Positions 18,651 to 27,022 of a stretch of 38,248 nt of DNA are shown piece by piece. This DNA is from Candidatus Dormiibacterota bacterium. GTDB lineage: Bacteria; Chloroflexota; Dormibacteria; Aeolococcales; Aeolococcaceae. The position numbers and the translations under genes are program-made. The notes below the pieces were generated by a model that saw only the letters and a program-made list of their open reading frames with translations, did no database searches and had not been told where the DNA came from. Every line of letters begins with the position of its first letter. The stretch's first letter is position 1. The stretch covers positions 1-38,248 of the forward strand of contig PLAX01000180.1 in the NCBI GenBank assembly GCA_003135255.1. The letters are read 5' to 3'.

Positions 18651-20450
18651 ATGTCTGCATCCGCGCACCGCCGCCGGCTCCGGCCCTGGCAGGTGCTCAC
18701 CACCTGCCTGGTCGCCATCGTGGTCGGCATCGGGGTGGCCGGTGGGGGCGTGCTCGGCGCCTGGCAGGGCCTGAGCGAGAACGCGACCAACATGGTGACC
18801 GCGGCCGCCGCCGGAGGCGTGCCGGTGACCTCCGTTCACTGTAGTGGCCTTTCGCCCGCCTACCCCACCACCTGCACCGACACCCAGGGGACGGTGACCA
18901 TCTCCTGGACCGCGGTGACCGGCAGCACCGGGATCACCGTGGAGCGGGCGACCTCACCGACCGGCACTTACTCGACGATCGCGACCCTGGCCGGCACGGC
19001 GACCAGCTACACGGACACCCCTGTCACCGCCACCTACAACACCCAGTACTACTACGAGGTCTTCTCCGGCGCCGCGGGATGGGCGTCGGCGGCCGACGTC
19101 GACATGGCGCTCTCGCTGCCCCCGGCCGGAGGCACCGATGACACCGTGGGCACCGGGGGCACCCCCTTCAGCCCCGCCAACATCATCGCGATGGCCACCG
19201 CCGGCGGCACCCCCTACACCACCACCACGGATTGGGGGGCGAGCGGCGGCCCGGTGGTCGGGGGCCAGCAGGTCGATGGGGTCAGCTGCGTCTCCGCCAG
19301 CCAGTGCTGGGTCGCCACCCAGAGCGGTGACATCTGGATGAGCACAAACGGCGGCTATGGCTGGGCCCAGCAGACCGTTCCCGGCACCGCGGCGCTCGGG
19401 GCGATCGACTTCCCCACCGCCACCGCCGGCTGGGCGGTGGGGGCGGGGGGCATCATCGACGCCACCACCAACGGCGGCACCACCTGGGTGGCGCAGACCT
19501 CGGGCACCGCCCAGGCGCTCGACGGGGTGAGCTGCGTCTCCGCGACCCAGTGCTGGGTCGTCGGGGCGAACGGCGTCATCCTGGGGACCGTCAACGGGGG
19601 CACCACCTGGACGTCAGAGACCTCCGGCACCACCCAGCTCCTTGCCGCCGTGAGCTGCGTCTCGACCACCCACTGCTGGGCGGTGGGCAACCAGGGCGTC
19701 ATCGTGGCGACCGCCAACGGCGGCACCACCTGGGGCGCCGAGACGAGCGGCGTCAACGGGAACCTCACCGGGGTGAGCTTCGTCAATGCCAACGACGGAT
19801 GGGTGGTGGGTCAGAACGGGGTCCTCCGGGTGACCGTCAACGGCGGGACCACCTGGACGGCACAGACAGCGGGAACCGGCCAGAGCCTCGATGCGGTGAG
19901 CATGGTCAGCGCCACCACCGGCTGGGCGGTCGGGGTGGGCGGGACCATCCTCGCCACCACCAATGGCGGCACCACCTGGACGGAGCAGGGCGCCGGCATC
20001 AACCAGCCCATCAATGCCATCAGCGCCGTCAACGCCTCGGACGCGATGGTCGGCCTCACTCCGGGAGGAGGGACGCCCAGCATCCTGACCACCACCAACG
20101 GGGGCGCCAGCTGGGTCCTGCCCTCCAACCAGTATGTGCAGTGGACCTTCGGTCCCATCGTGGCCACCGGGGCGCCGGTCACCTCGGCGGTGGTCACCCT
20201 GGTAGACCAGGCCAGCCAGTCCCCCAGCTCGACCGCCCAGACCTACCTGCTGGTCTCGGCCAACGCGGGATCGAGCTGGACGCCCTTCGTGATCGCCAGC
20301 CCGACCGCCAACCTGGCCACCCAGACCGTGGCCGTCGGCTCCGTCATCGGCAGCGCGGCCGCAGTCTCGGGGATGGAGCTGCGCTACGTCATCAGCGACG
20401 GCAGCGGCTTCACGAGCACCTTCGACCTGGTCCACGTCGACATCAACTGA
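18651..20450 (+). CDS. Membrane-anchored or secreted protein: N-terminal signal anchor, FN3-like domain, 7-blade Asp-box/BNR (Ycf48-like) beta-propeller, C-terminal ~105-aa domain
   Basis: 599 aa.
- The N-terminus is an RRRLR basic patch plus a hydrophobic helix.
- [43 protein letters not shown]...YYYEV is FN3-like.
- There are seven roughly 41-aa repeats, each ending in [ST]xNGGxTW (an Asn variant of the SxDxGxTW Asp-box).
- The C-terminal domain is unrecognised. Confidence 0.85.
   Translation: MSASAHRRRLRPWQVLTTCLVAIVVGIGVAGGGVLGAWQGLSENATNMVTAAAAGGVPVTSVHCSGLSPAYPTTCTDTQGTVTISWTAVTGSTGITVERATSPTGTYSTIATLAGTATSYTDTPVTATYNTQYYYEVFSGAAGWASAADVDMALSLPPAGGTDDTVGTGGTPFSPANIIAMATAGGTPYTTTTDWGASGGPVVGGQQVDGVSCVSASQCWVATQSGDIWMSTNGGYGWAQQTVPGTAALGAIDFPTATAGWAVGAGGIIDATTNGGTTWVAQTSGTAQALDGVSCVSATQCWVVGANGVILGTVNGGTTWTSETSGTTQLLAAVSCVSTTHCWAVGNQGVIVATANGGTTWGAETSGVNGNLTGVSFVNANDGWVVGQNGVLRVTVNGGTTWTAQTAGTGQSLDAVSMVSATTGWAVGVGGTILATTNGGTTWTEQGAGINQPINAISAVNASDAMVGLTPGGGTPSILTTTNGGASWVLPSNQYVQWTFGPIVATGAPVTSAVVTLVDQASQSPSSTAQTYLLVSANAGSSWTPFVIASPTANLATQTVAVGSVIGSAAAVSGMELRYVISDGSGFTSTFDLVHVDIN
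19270..20126 (+). repeat. Intragenic tandem repeat (7 propeller blades, 123-nt register)
   Basis: The Asn codon of the NGG(T/Y/A)(T/G/S)W motif falls at 19347, 19470, 19593, 19716, 19839 and 19962, an exact 123-nt spacing. The seventh is at 20097, which is +135 nt. Confidence 0.9.
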
Positions 20451-20560
20451 CCCTGACGGAGCGAGGCGCGGAGCCCAGGGCTCCGGTCCGGAGCGGAGGG
20501 GCGGCCGGCACCGGCACCCGTGCCGAGGGCGCGGACGCCCGGTTCGAATACGATGCCGCG

Positions 20561-22372
20561 GTGCCCTCGGTGCTTCGCGACGACATCCGCAACTTCTCGA
20601 TCATCGCCCACATCGACCACGGGAAGTCGACGCTGGCCGATCGCCTGCTGGAGGTGACCGGGACGGTCGCCCTCCGGGACATGCAGGATCAGCTCCTCGA
20701 CACCCTCGACCTGGAGCGGGAGCGGGGCATCACCATCAAGGCCCAGGCGGTGCGGATGGAGTACACAGCCCGGGACGGGCGTCCCTACGAGCTCAACCTC
20801 ATCGACACGCCCGGCCACGTGGACTTCACCTACGAGGTGTCGCGCGCCCTGGCCGCCTGCGAGGGCGCGGTCCTGGTCGTCGACGCCACCCAGGGGATCG
20901 AGGCCCAGACCCTGGCCAACGTCGACCTGGCCCTCGAGCACGACCTGGAGATCATCCCGGTCATCAACAAGATCGATCTCCCCGCCGCCGACCCCGAGCT
21001 GGTGCGCCGCGAGATCGAGGAGGTGATCGGTCTTCCCGGCTCCGGTGCCATCCTTGCCTCGGCCCGCCAGGGGATCGGGATCGAGGAGGTCCTCGAGGCG
21101 GTGGTCGCCCGGGTGCCGCCCCCGCACGGCGACCCCGAAGCGCCCCTGACAGCCCTGATCTTCGACGCCAAGTACGACGCCTACCGGGGGGTGGTCGTCT
21201 ACGTCCGGGTCATGGACGGCTCCGTCCGCCCCGGTGAGCGGATCCGGATGATGGCGACGGAGAAGGAGTTCGTCGTCGACGAGGTGGGGGTGTTCCGGCC
21301 GGTGATGACCCCCACCGACGGGTTGACGACCGGCGAGGTCGGCTACCTGATCGCCTCGATCAAGAACGTCCGGGACTCCAAGGTCGGCGACACCGTGACC
21401 CTGGCCGACCGCCCCGCCGCCGCGGCGCTCCCCGGCTATCGCCACGTCACGCCCATGGTCTACGCGGGCATCTTCCCGATCGACTCGGACGACGTCCAGG
21501 AGCTGAAGGAGGCGCTCGAGAAGCTCAACCTCAACGACGCCTCGCTGGTCTGGGAGCCGGAGTCCTCGGCGGCCCTCGGCTTCGGCTTCCGCTGTGGCTT
21601 CCTCGGCCTCCTCCACATGGAGATCGTCCAGGAGCGGCTGGAGCGCGAGTTCAACCTCGCCCTGATCACCACCGCTCCGACGGTCGCGTATCGGGTCCGG
21701 CTGCGCAGCGGCGAGGTCATCCCCGTGGACAACCCGGAGAGGCTGCCCGACCCCTCGGCCATCGACGAGATCGAGGAGCCCCGCTGCACCGCGACCATCC
21801 TGGTGCCGAGCGCCCAGGTCGGCACCGTCATGGAGCTCTGCCAGGAGCGGCGTGGCGAGTTCCGCAACCTGGAGCACCAGGCCGGCGACCGGGTGGCCCT
21901 GACCTACGACCTCCCCCTCGGCGAGATCATCCACGACTTCTACGACCAGCTCAAGTCGCGGAGCCGGGGCTACGCGTCGCTCAACTACGAGCTGACCGGG
22001 TTCCGGGCCGAGCGGCTGGTCAAGCTCGACATCATGGTGGGAGGGCAGCGGGTCGACGCCCTCTCCATGATCGTCCACCGCGACCGGGCAAACCTCCACG
22101 GGCGCAAGCTCGCCGAGCGGCTCCGCAAGCTCATCCCCCGGCAGCTCTTCGAGGTTCCGATCCAGGCGGCGGTGGGCGGTAAGATCATCGCCCGCGAGAC
22201 GGTGTCGGCGATGCGCAAGGATGTCCTGGCCAAATGCTACGGTGGGGACATCACCCGCAAGCGCAAGCTGCTGGAGAAGCAGAAGGAGGGGAAGCGACGG
22301 ATGAAGCGGGTGGGCAGTGTGGAGATCCCCCAGGAGGCCTTCATGGCCGTCCTGCAGATGGACGAGGACTGA
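20561..22372 (+). CDS. lepA: Translation elongation factor 4 (LepA/EF4)
   Basis: [43 protein letters not shown] and a LepA-specific C-terminus ([23 protein letters not shown]) are present. I trimmed the 940-aa track ORF to the GTG at 20561, giving 603 aa. Confidence 0.95.
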   Translation: MPSVLRDDIRNFSIIAHIDHGKSTLADRLLEVTGTVALRDMQDQLLDTLDLERERGITIKAQAVRMEYTARDGRPYELNLIDTPGHVDFTYEVSRALAACEGAVLVVDATQGIEAQTLANVDLALEHDLEIIPVINKIDLPAADPELVRREIEEVIGLPGSGAILASARQGIGIEEVLEAVVARVPPPHGDPEAPLTALIFDAKYDAYRGVVVYVRVMDGSVRPGERIRMMATEKEFVVDEVGVFRPVMTPTDGLTTGEVGYLIASIKNVRDSKVGDTVTLADRPAAAALPGYRHVTPMVYAGIFPIDSDDVQELKEALEKLNLNDASLVWEPESSAALGFGFRCGFLGLLHMEIVQERLEREFNLALITTAPTVAYRVRLRSGEVIPVDNPERLPDPSAIDEIEEPRCTATILVPSAQVGTVMELCQERRGEFRNLEHQAGDRVALTYDLPLGEIIHDFYDQLKSRSRGYASLNYELTGFRAERLVKLDIMVGGQRVDALSMIVHRDRANLHGRKLAERLRKLIPRQLFEVPIQAAVGGKIIARETVSAMRKDVLAKCYGGDITRKRKLLEKQKEGKRRMKRVGSVEIPQEAFMAVLQMDED

Positions 22373-22547
22373 TGACGACACCATCGGCAGCAACATCGAC
22401 GATCCCGCCGGCAGATCCCGGCCGAGCCGCCTGAGCGTGGCTCCGCCCCGCCACCGTCGCAAGCGCCGTCCCTCCCGGGTCGTCAGCAGCCCGCCCCCGG
22501 CCGCCGAGCCCGAGCCCGCTCCCTGGCCGCCCCCGCGCCGGGGTCTC

Positions 22548-23549
22548 ATGGCGTCCCTGTTGGGTCCCCCGCGCCCGGCCTCCCCGCGCCCGGTCTCCTC
22601 GCGCCCGGTGCGGTCAATGGCGGGACCCGGTCCCGCGGCCAACCTCGGCCCGATATGGACCCGAACCGACTACTACGCCCTCTCGGCCGTCACTGCGCTG
22701 GTGGTCCTGGTCATCGGCCTCGTCATCGGCCTGACCGACACCACCAGCACCACCGTGCAGAAGAACCCGGCCCCGACCGCAACCAGCTTCACGGTGGCGA
22801 GCGGCGACGGCAAGACGCTCATCTGCGGCGCCAACGCCGCCATCCAAGTCGGCGGCCAGGAGGCTCACATCGCTGCGATCGACGGCGATCAGGTCACGCT
22901 TGCGGCACCGCTCAGCTCGGTGCCCGCCTCCGGCGCGACCGTCAGCCAGAGCACGCTGGGCCCCGCCACGGTCGACACCTGCGCGGCGGTGGCGGCCAGC
23001 CCGGCACCCACCACCACCCAGTTCACCCTCGCCGGCGGGGCCGGCGTGGACTTCGTCGCCGCCGGCATCCTCGTCGACGGCCAGCAGGCGACGGTCAAGT
23101 CCGTCGACACCACCACCTACCGGATCAGCCTCTCGAGCCCGCTCGCGTCGCCGCCCGCCGCCGGTACCCCGGTCACGCAGCAGCTGTACACGACCGGCAG
23201 CCTGATCGGGGGCATCGTCGGCCTGGCGATCTCCGAGATCGCCATCGTGCTGCTCGCGGTGGCCGCGCTGGTGGCGCGCCCGATGGCTGCCAGGCTCCGC
23301 AGGAAGGACCGTCCGCGGGTCGTGGAGGTGCTTGTCTTCGGTGCCATGGTGGCGGTGGTCGACACCCTCGTCTACTACCTGGAGGTGAGCGCGCTCGGCT
23401 CCACGACCGGCACCGGGGTGGCGGTGGCCGAGCTCGCCGCCGCGGCCTCCGGCTTCGTGCTGGTCCCGTTCGCCTTCCCGATCATCGCGCGCTGGTTCCG
23501 CAGGCCTCCGCGGCAACCGCGGGGGATCCCGGGACCGGCCGGCCGGTGA
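22548..23549 (+). CDS. Hypothetical multi-pass membrane protein with an internally duplicated extracytoplasmic module
   Basis: - The N-terminus is Pro/Arg-rich.
- TM1 is YYALSAVTALVVLVIGLVIGL.
- Two related modules of about 57 aa follow (approximately 22779-22949 and 23010-23183).
- About three more TM helices follow.
- GC3 bias is strong.
- The start is uncertain: ATG 22548, ATG 22617 or an upstream GTG. Confidence 0.6.
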   Translation: MASLLGPPRPASPRPVSSRPVRSMAGPGPAANLGPIWTRTDYYALSAVTALVVLVIGLVIGLTDTTSTTVQKNPAPTATSFTVASGDGKTLICGANAAIQVGGQEAHIAAIDGDQVTLAAPLSSVPASGATVSQSTLGPATVDTCAAVAASPAPTTTQFTLAGGAGVDFVAAGILVDGQQATVKSVDTTTYRISLSSPLASPPAAGTPVTQQLYTTGSLIGGIVGLAISEIAIVLLAVAALVARPMAARLRRKDRPRVVEVLVFGAMVAVVDTLVYYLEVSALGSTTGTGVAVAELAAAASGFVLVPFAFPIIARWFRRPPRQPRGIPGPAGR

Positions 23550-23570
23550 CCGCCGGCGAGCCCCGGTGAG

Positions 23571-24746
23571 ATGACGGATGCGCGCGCGGCCGGCCGCGCG
23601 CGCATCCGGTCGCTCTACCTTCACATCCCCTTCTGCGAGCGGCGCTGCGAGTACTGCGACTTCGTCAGCCTTCCCGGTCGCGATCGGGAGGCCGAGTACG
23701 TCGAGGCGCTCCGGTCCGAGGTCCGCGGACTGGCCGCCCGGCTCGGCCGCCTCGAGCTGGACACCGTCTTCGTCGGCGGCGGGACGCCGAGCTTCGTCGA
23801 CCCCGACCGGCTCGGCGGGCTCCTCGACGAGGTGCGGGCGGGCTTTGTCCTCGCCCCCGGTTGCGAGGTCACCCTCGAGGCCAATCCCTCCAGCACCTCC
23901 GAGGGACGTGCCGCGGCGTGGCTCGAGGCCGGCTTCAACCGGGTGAGCCTCGGGATCCAGAGCCTGGAGCCGGACATCCTCACCTTCCTCGGTCGTGTCC
24001 ACGATCGCGAGCGAGCCCTCGCCGCCGTCGGCGAGGTCCGCCGTGCCGGCTTCTCCCGGATCAGCTGCGATCTGATCTACGCCGTCCCCGGCCTCGACGA
24101 CACCCGCTGGCGTTCGACCCTGGAGCGGGTCGCGGCCCTCGGTCCCGGCCACGTCTCCGCCTACGAGCTGACCGTCGAGGCGGGGACGCCGCTGCACGCG
24201 AGCGTGCGGCGAGGCGAGAAGCCGGCCGTGGATCCCGAGGCGGCCCTCCGCCAGCACCGGATCGCCGTCTCGGTCCTCAGGGCGGCCGGCCTTCACCAGT
24301 ACGAGGTCAGCAACTATGCGCAGGTGGGCGAGGAGTGCCGCCACAACCTCGTCTACTGGCGCCGTGGTCACTACCTCGGTGCGGGACTCGGCGCCCACGG
24401 ACACCTTCCGGCCGGGGTGGGCACCCTCGTCGACGTCCCGGTCCCACCTGGCGCCATCGGCATTCGCTACTGGCACGGACGCAGCCTTCCCGCTTACGTG
24501 GAGGGCTCTCGCGCCGGCGTCCTCCCCATCGAGGGCTCCGAGGCGGTCACGGCGGCCGACGCCGAGGCGGAGCGCATCCTGCTCGGTCTGCGTCTCGCGG
24601 AGGGGATCGCCGTCTCCCGGCCCCTCGGCGAGCGGGCCGATGCGCTCGTCGCGGCCGGCCTGCTCTGGCGTCGCGACGGCCGTCTCGGCGCCACCGCGCA
24701 GGGGCAGGAGGTGCTCGACGAGGTGATCCGTCAGCTCGTCACCTAG
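23571..24746 (+). CDS. hemW: Radical SAM heme chaperone HemW (HemN-like, oxygen-independent coproporphyrinogen oxidase family)
   Basis: LYLHIPFCERRCEYCDF carries the CxxxCxxC radical SAM motif. VFVGGGTPS, LEANP, NRVSLGIQS and a C-terminal HemN_C-like region are present. The position downstream of lepA is conserved. Confidence 0.88.
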   Translation: MTDARAAGRARIRSLYLHIPFCERRCEYCDFVSLPGRDREAEYVEALRSEVRGLAARLGRLELDTVFVGGGTPSFVDPDRLGGLLDEVRAGFVLAPGCEVTLEANPSSTSEGRAAAWLEAGFNRVSLGIQSLEPDILTFLGRVHDRERALAAVGEVRRAGFSRISCDLIYAVPGLDDTRWRSTLERVAALGPGHVSAYELTVEAGTPLHASVRRGEKPAVDPEAALRQHRIAVSVLRAAGLHQYEVSNYAQVGEECRHNLVYWRRGHYLGAGLGAHGHLPAGVGTLVDVPVPPGAIGIRYWHGRSLPAYVEGSRAGVLPIEGSEAVTAADAEAERILLGLRLAEGIAVSRPLGERADALVAAGLLWRRDGRLGATAQGQEVLDEVIRQLVT

Positions 24747-24899
24747 CAGCTCGGGCACTCCGTCGTCAGGTCGGGTGGCGGCGCTGTGGTCATCTGTAAC
24801 GCCGCCGCTGAGGCGCCATGCCCGGCCAAGACGGAGGGGTCACAGTGTCGCCGCAGGGCTTTCGAAGTGGCATGCGGTTGGGCGACGATTGCATCAATC

Positions 24900-25169
24900 A
24901 TGCGCCGCACTTCTGGTTCTCCAGGCCGTCAGCCCGTGCCCGAGACTATCGTCACGGAGCTTCTCCGTGCCGGGCTCTCGCGGAGCACCGTGCTGGCCAT
25001 GGAGGGCTGGAAGGCGCAGGAGGTGTTCGACCTGCTCCACTCCGCACACCTCGGCGACGGCCACCGCCAGAGCCCCGAGTTCCGCTCGCGGAGCCACGGT
25101 CTCGGCTCCCTGGGCGGTCCGGCGAGCTCGCCGGCCGGACCGGTGCTAGGATTTAGCACTCACGACTAG
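24900..25169 (+). CDS. Possible small protein (about 78-89 aa) between hemW and hrcA
   Basis: The frame has very strong G/C third-position bias from about 24936 to 25150. The peptide is ...PETIVTELLRAGLSRSTVLAMEGWKAQEVFDLLHSAHLGDG.... Candidate starts are the ATG at 24900 and the GTG at 24936, neither with a clear Shine-Dalgarno. The TAG stop lies inside the CIRCE spacer. Confidence 0.3.
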   Translation: MRRTSGSPGRQPVPETIVTELLRAGLSRSTVLAMEGWKAQEVFDLLHSAHLGDGHRQSPEFRSRSHGLGSLGGPASSPAGPVLGFSTHD

Positions 25170-25179
25170 CGAGTGCCAA
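25153..25179 (+). promoter_or_regulatory. CIRCE operator (HrcA binding site)
   Basis: TTAGCACTC-acgactagc-GAGTGCCAA matches the consensus TTAGCACTC-N9-GAGTGCTAA with one mismatch in the right arm. It lies 37 nt upstream of the hrcA ATG. A possible -10 element, TAGGAT, abuts it at 25147-25152. Confidence 0.9.
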
Positions 25180-25215
25180 GGTGGCTCCGGGTGGAGCCGC
25201 CGGTCCGGGAGAGCC

Positions 25216-26301
25216 ATGGAGAGCTGGATCCCTCTCGATACGCGCAAGGAGCAGATCCTCAAGGCGGTGGTCGCGGACTACACCGCCACGGGGGTGCCGG
25301 TGGGGTCGCACGCCCTCGCCCTGCACCTGGCGAGCTGGTCTGCCGCCACCATCCGCAACGAGCTGGCGACCCTGGTCGAGGTGGGCTACCTCCTCCAGCC
25401 CCACACCTCCGCCGGCCGTGTGCCCAGCGATCGCGGCTACCGGTACTACGTCGATTTCCTGATGCAGGAGGAGGGCCTTCCCGGGGGCGTGCGCCGTCAG
25501 CTCGAGCCCCGCCTGGCGGTCATGCCCGCCGACATCGAGGGGGTCCTGGAGCTGGCCGCCCAGGTGCTCGCCGTGGCCGTCGACGCTCTGAGCATCGTCA
25601 CGGGTCCCCGGGCCCGCAGTGTCGCCGTCAAGCACCTGGACCTGGTCTCGCTCGATCCCGGTCATGCCCTCCTCATCCTGGTGCTGGACGGCAACGTCAT
25701 CCGCCAGCACCCGATGGCCCTCAGCCGTGAGGCCGACCAGGAGGAGTTGAGCCGGCTCGCCGGTGGCCTCAACGCCGAGATCGTCGGTCTCGACGGGGCC
25801 CAGATCGAGTCCAGCCCGGGCAGCCATCCGGTGCATCCGCTCCGCTCCGAGGTCGTCGCCGACATCGCCGCCTTCCTCCACTCGGTGGAGTCCCGGCAGG
25901 ACACCCTGATCGTTCACGACGGGGTCCGCAACCTCCTTCACCAGCCCGAGTTCGGCGACGTCCAGCGGCTTGCCCAGGTGCTGGAGCTGGTCGAGGAGGA
26001 GCGGGTCCTCGGTGAGCTGCTCGCCGCGGCGTTCGAGGAGGCCGGCTCCGGTCCGGACCAGGGAGTGGCAGCTGGCGGCGCGCCCACCGGGCGTCCGGTC
26101 ACCGTGGTGATCGGCACGGAGTCCGGGATTTCACAGCTGAACGGCTGCAGCCTGGTGTTGACCACGTACCGGGCCGGAGAGGGGAGGGGTGGCACGGTGG
26201 GGGTGCTGGGCCCGACCCGGATGCCCTACTCGCAGGTGGCCCCGCGGGTGCGCTTCGTCGCCGATCGGGTTGGCGAAGCGGTGACGCGGGTACTCAGTTG
26301 A
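25216..26301 (+). CDS. hrcA: Heat-inducible transcription repressor HrcA
   Basis: LDTRKEQILKAVVADYTATGVPVGSHALA...SAATIRNELATLVEVGYLLQPHTSAGRVPSDRGYRYYVD is the canonical HrcA N-terminal winged-helix region. 361 aa. Confidence 0.93.
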   Translation: MESWIPLDTRKEQILKAVVADYTATGVPVGSHALALHLASWSAATIRNELATLVEVGYLLQPHTSAGRVPSDRGYRYYVDFLMQEEGLPGGVRRQLEPRLAVMPADIEGVLELAAQVLAVAVDALSIVTGPRARSVAVKHLDLVSLDPGHALLILVLDGNVIRQHPMALSREADQEELSRLAGGLNAEIVGLDGAQIESSPGSHPVHPLRSEVVADIAAFLHSVESRQDTLIVHDGVRNLLHQPEFGDVQRLAQVLELVEEERVLGELLAAAFEEAGSGPDQGVAAGGAPTGRPVTVVIGTESGISQLNGCSLVLTTYRAGEGRGGTVGVLGPTRMPYSQVAPRVRFVADRVGEAVTRVLS

Positions 26302-26329
26302 CCATGTCCGCTGATCGAGGAGACCGAGG

Positions 26330-27022
26330 ATGAGCGACCCCCCCAGGCGGAGTGTGGACGGGAGAGCCGTCCGCGCCTCCCATGGCGAGCCGCCGTCCCG
26401 TCCCGGCGGCACTGCCTCCGGGGCCGCGGGCCCGGGTGCCCACGGAGCCGGCAGGGAAGCCCAGGCCGCCCCGGCGAGTGACGCTCCTCCTGACGCCCCG
26501 GTGGTTCCGGCCACCGGCCCCGAAGCCGTCACAGAGGCGGAGGTCGAGAGCCTGCGGGCCGAGCTCGCCGAGCGGAGTGACCAGTTGCTGCGCCTGGCCG
26601 CCGACTTCGAGAACTTTCGCCGGCGCAAGGCCCAGGAGCTCGCCGACCGGGGTCGGTACGCGTCCGAGGAAGCCGCCCAGGCGCTCCTTCCCGTGCTCGA
26701 CAACCTGCGTCGCGCCGTTGGCCACTCGGCCGGGGACGGGGGTGGCCAGCAGCTCCTGGACGGGCTGCGGATGGTGGTGATCCAGTTCGAGCAGGCGCTG
26801 AGCGCGATCGGAGTCGAGACCGTCGAGACGGTCGGCGCGCGCTTCGACCCGTCGGTGCACGAGGCGATCGGCGGTGAGGAGTCCGACGGGGTCAGCGAGG
26901 ACACGGTGGTCGCCGAGCTGCAGCCCGGCTACCGTCTCCATGACCGTCTCCTCCGTCCCGCGCTGGTACGGGTCGTGCACCCGCGTCGCGGCCGCAGCGC
27001 CACTGCGGGACCCGAGGTCTGA
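26330..27022 (+). CDS. grpE: Nucleotide exchange factor GrpE (with a low-complexity N-terminal extension)
   Basis: LLRLAADFENFRRRKAQE, LLPVLDNLRRA and VGARFDPSVHEAI are GrpE motifs. The ATG is preceded by GAGGAG/GAGGA. The stop overlaps the dnaJ ATG (TGATG). Confidence 0.92.
   Translation: MSDPPRRSVDGRAVRASHGEPPSRPGGTASGAAGPGAHGAGREAQAAPASDAPPDAPVVPATGPEAVTEAEVESLRAELAERSDQLLRLAADFENFRRRKAQELADRGRYASEEAAQALLPVLDNLRRAVGHSAGDGGGQQLLDGLRMVVIQFEQALSAIGVETVETVGARFDPSVHEAIGGEESDGVSEDTVVAELQPGYRLHDRLLRPALVRVVHPRRGRSATAGPEV

Noticed and set aside
19550-22372. 940-aa ORF apparently fusing the propeller-gene region to lepA
   Set aside because: The first 337 codons are an out-of-frame read across the propeller gene and give an Arg/Gly/His-rich nonsense sequence. 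LepA homology begins at [15 protein letters not shown], with a GTG at 20561. This is not a fusion protein.
20384-24758. Minus-strand ORFs of 752 aa (20384-22642) and 714 aa (22614-24758) opposite lepA, the unknown membrane protein and hemW
   Set aside because: They are antisense to lepA and hemW, which carry unambiguous motifs. Their composition is typical of spurious high-GC frames.
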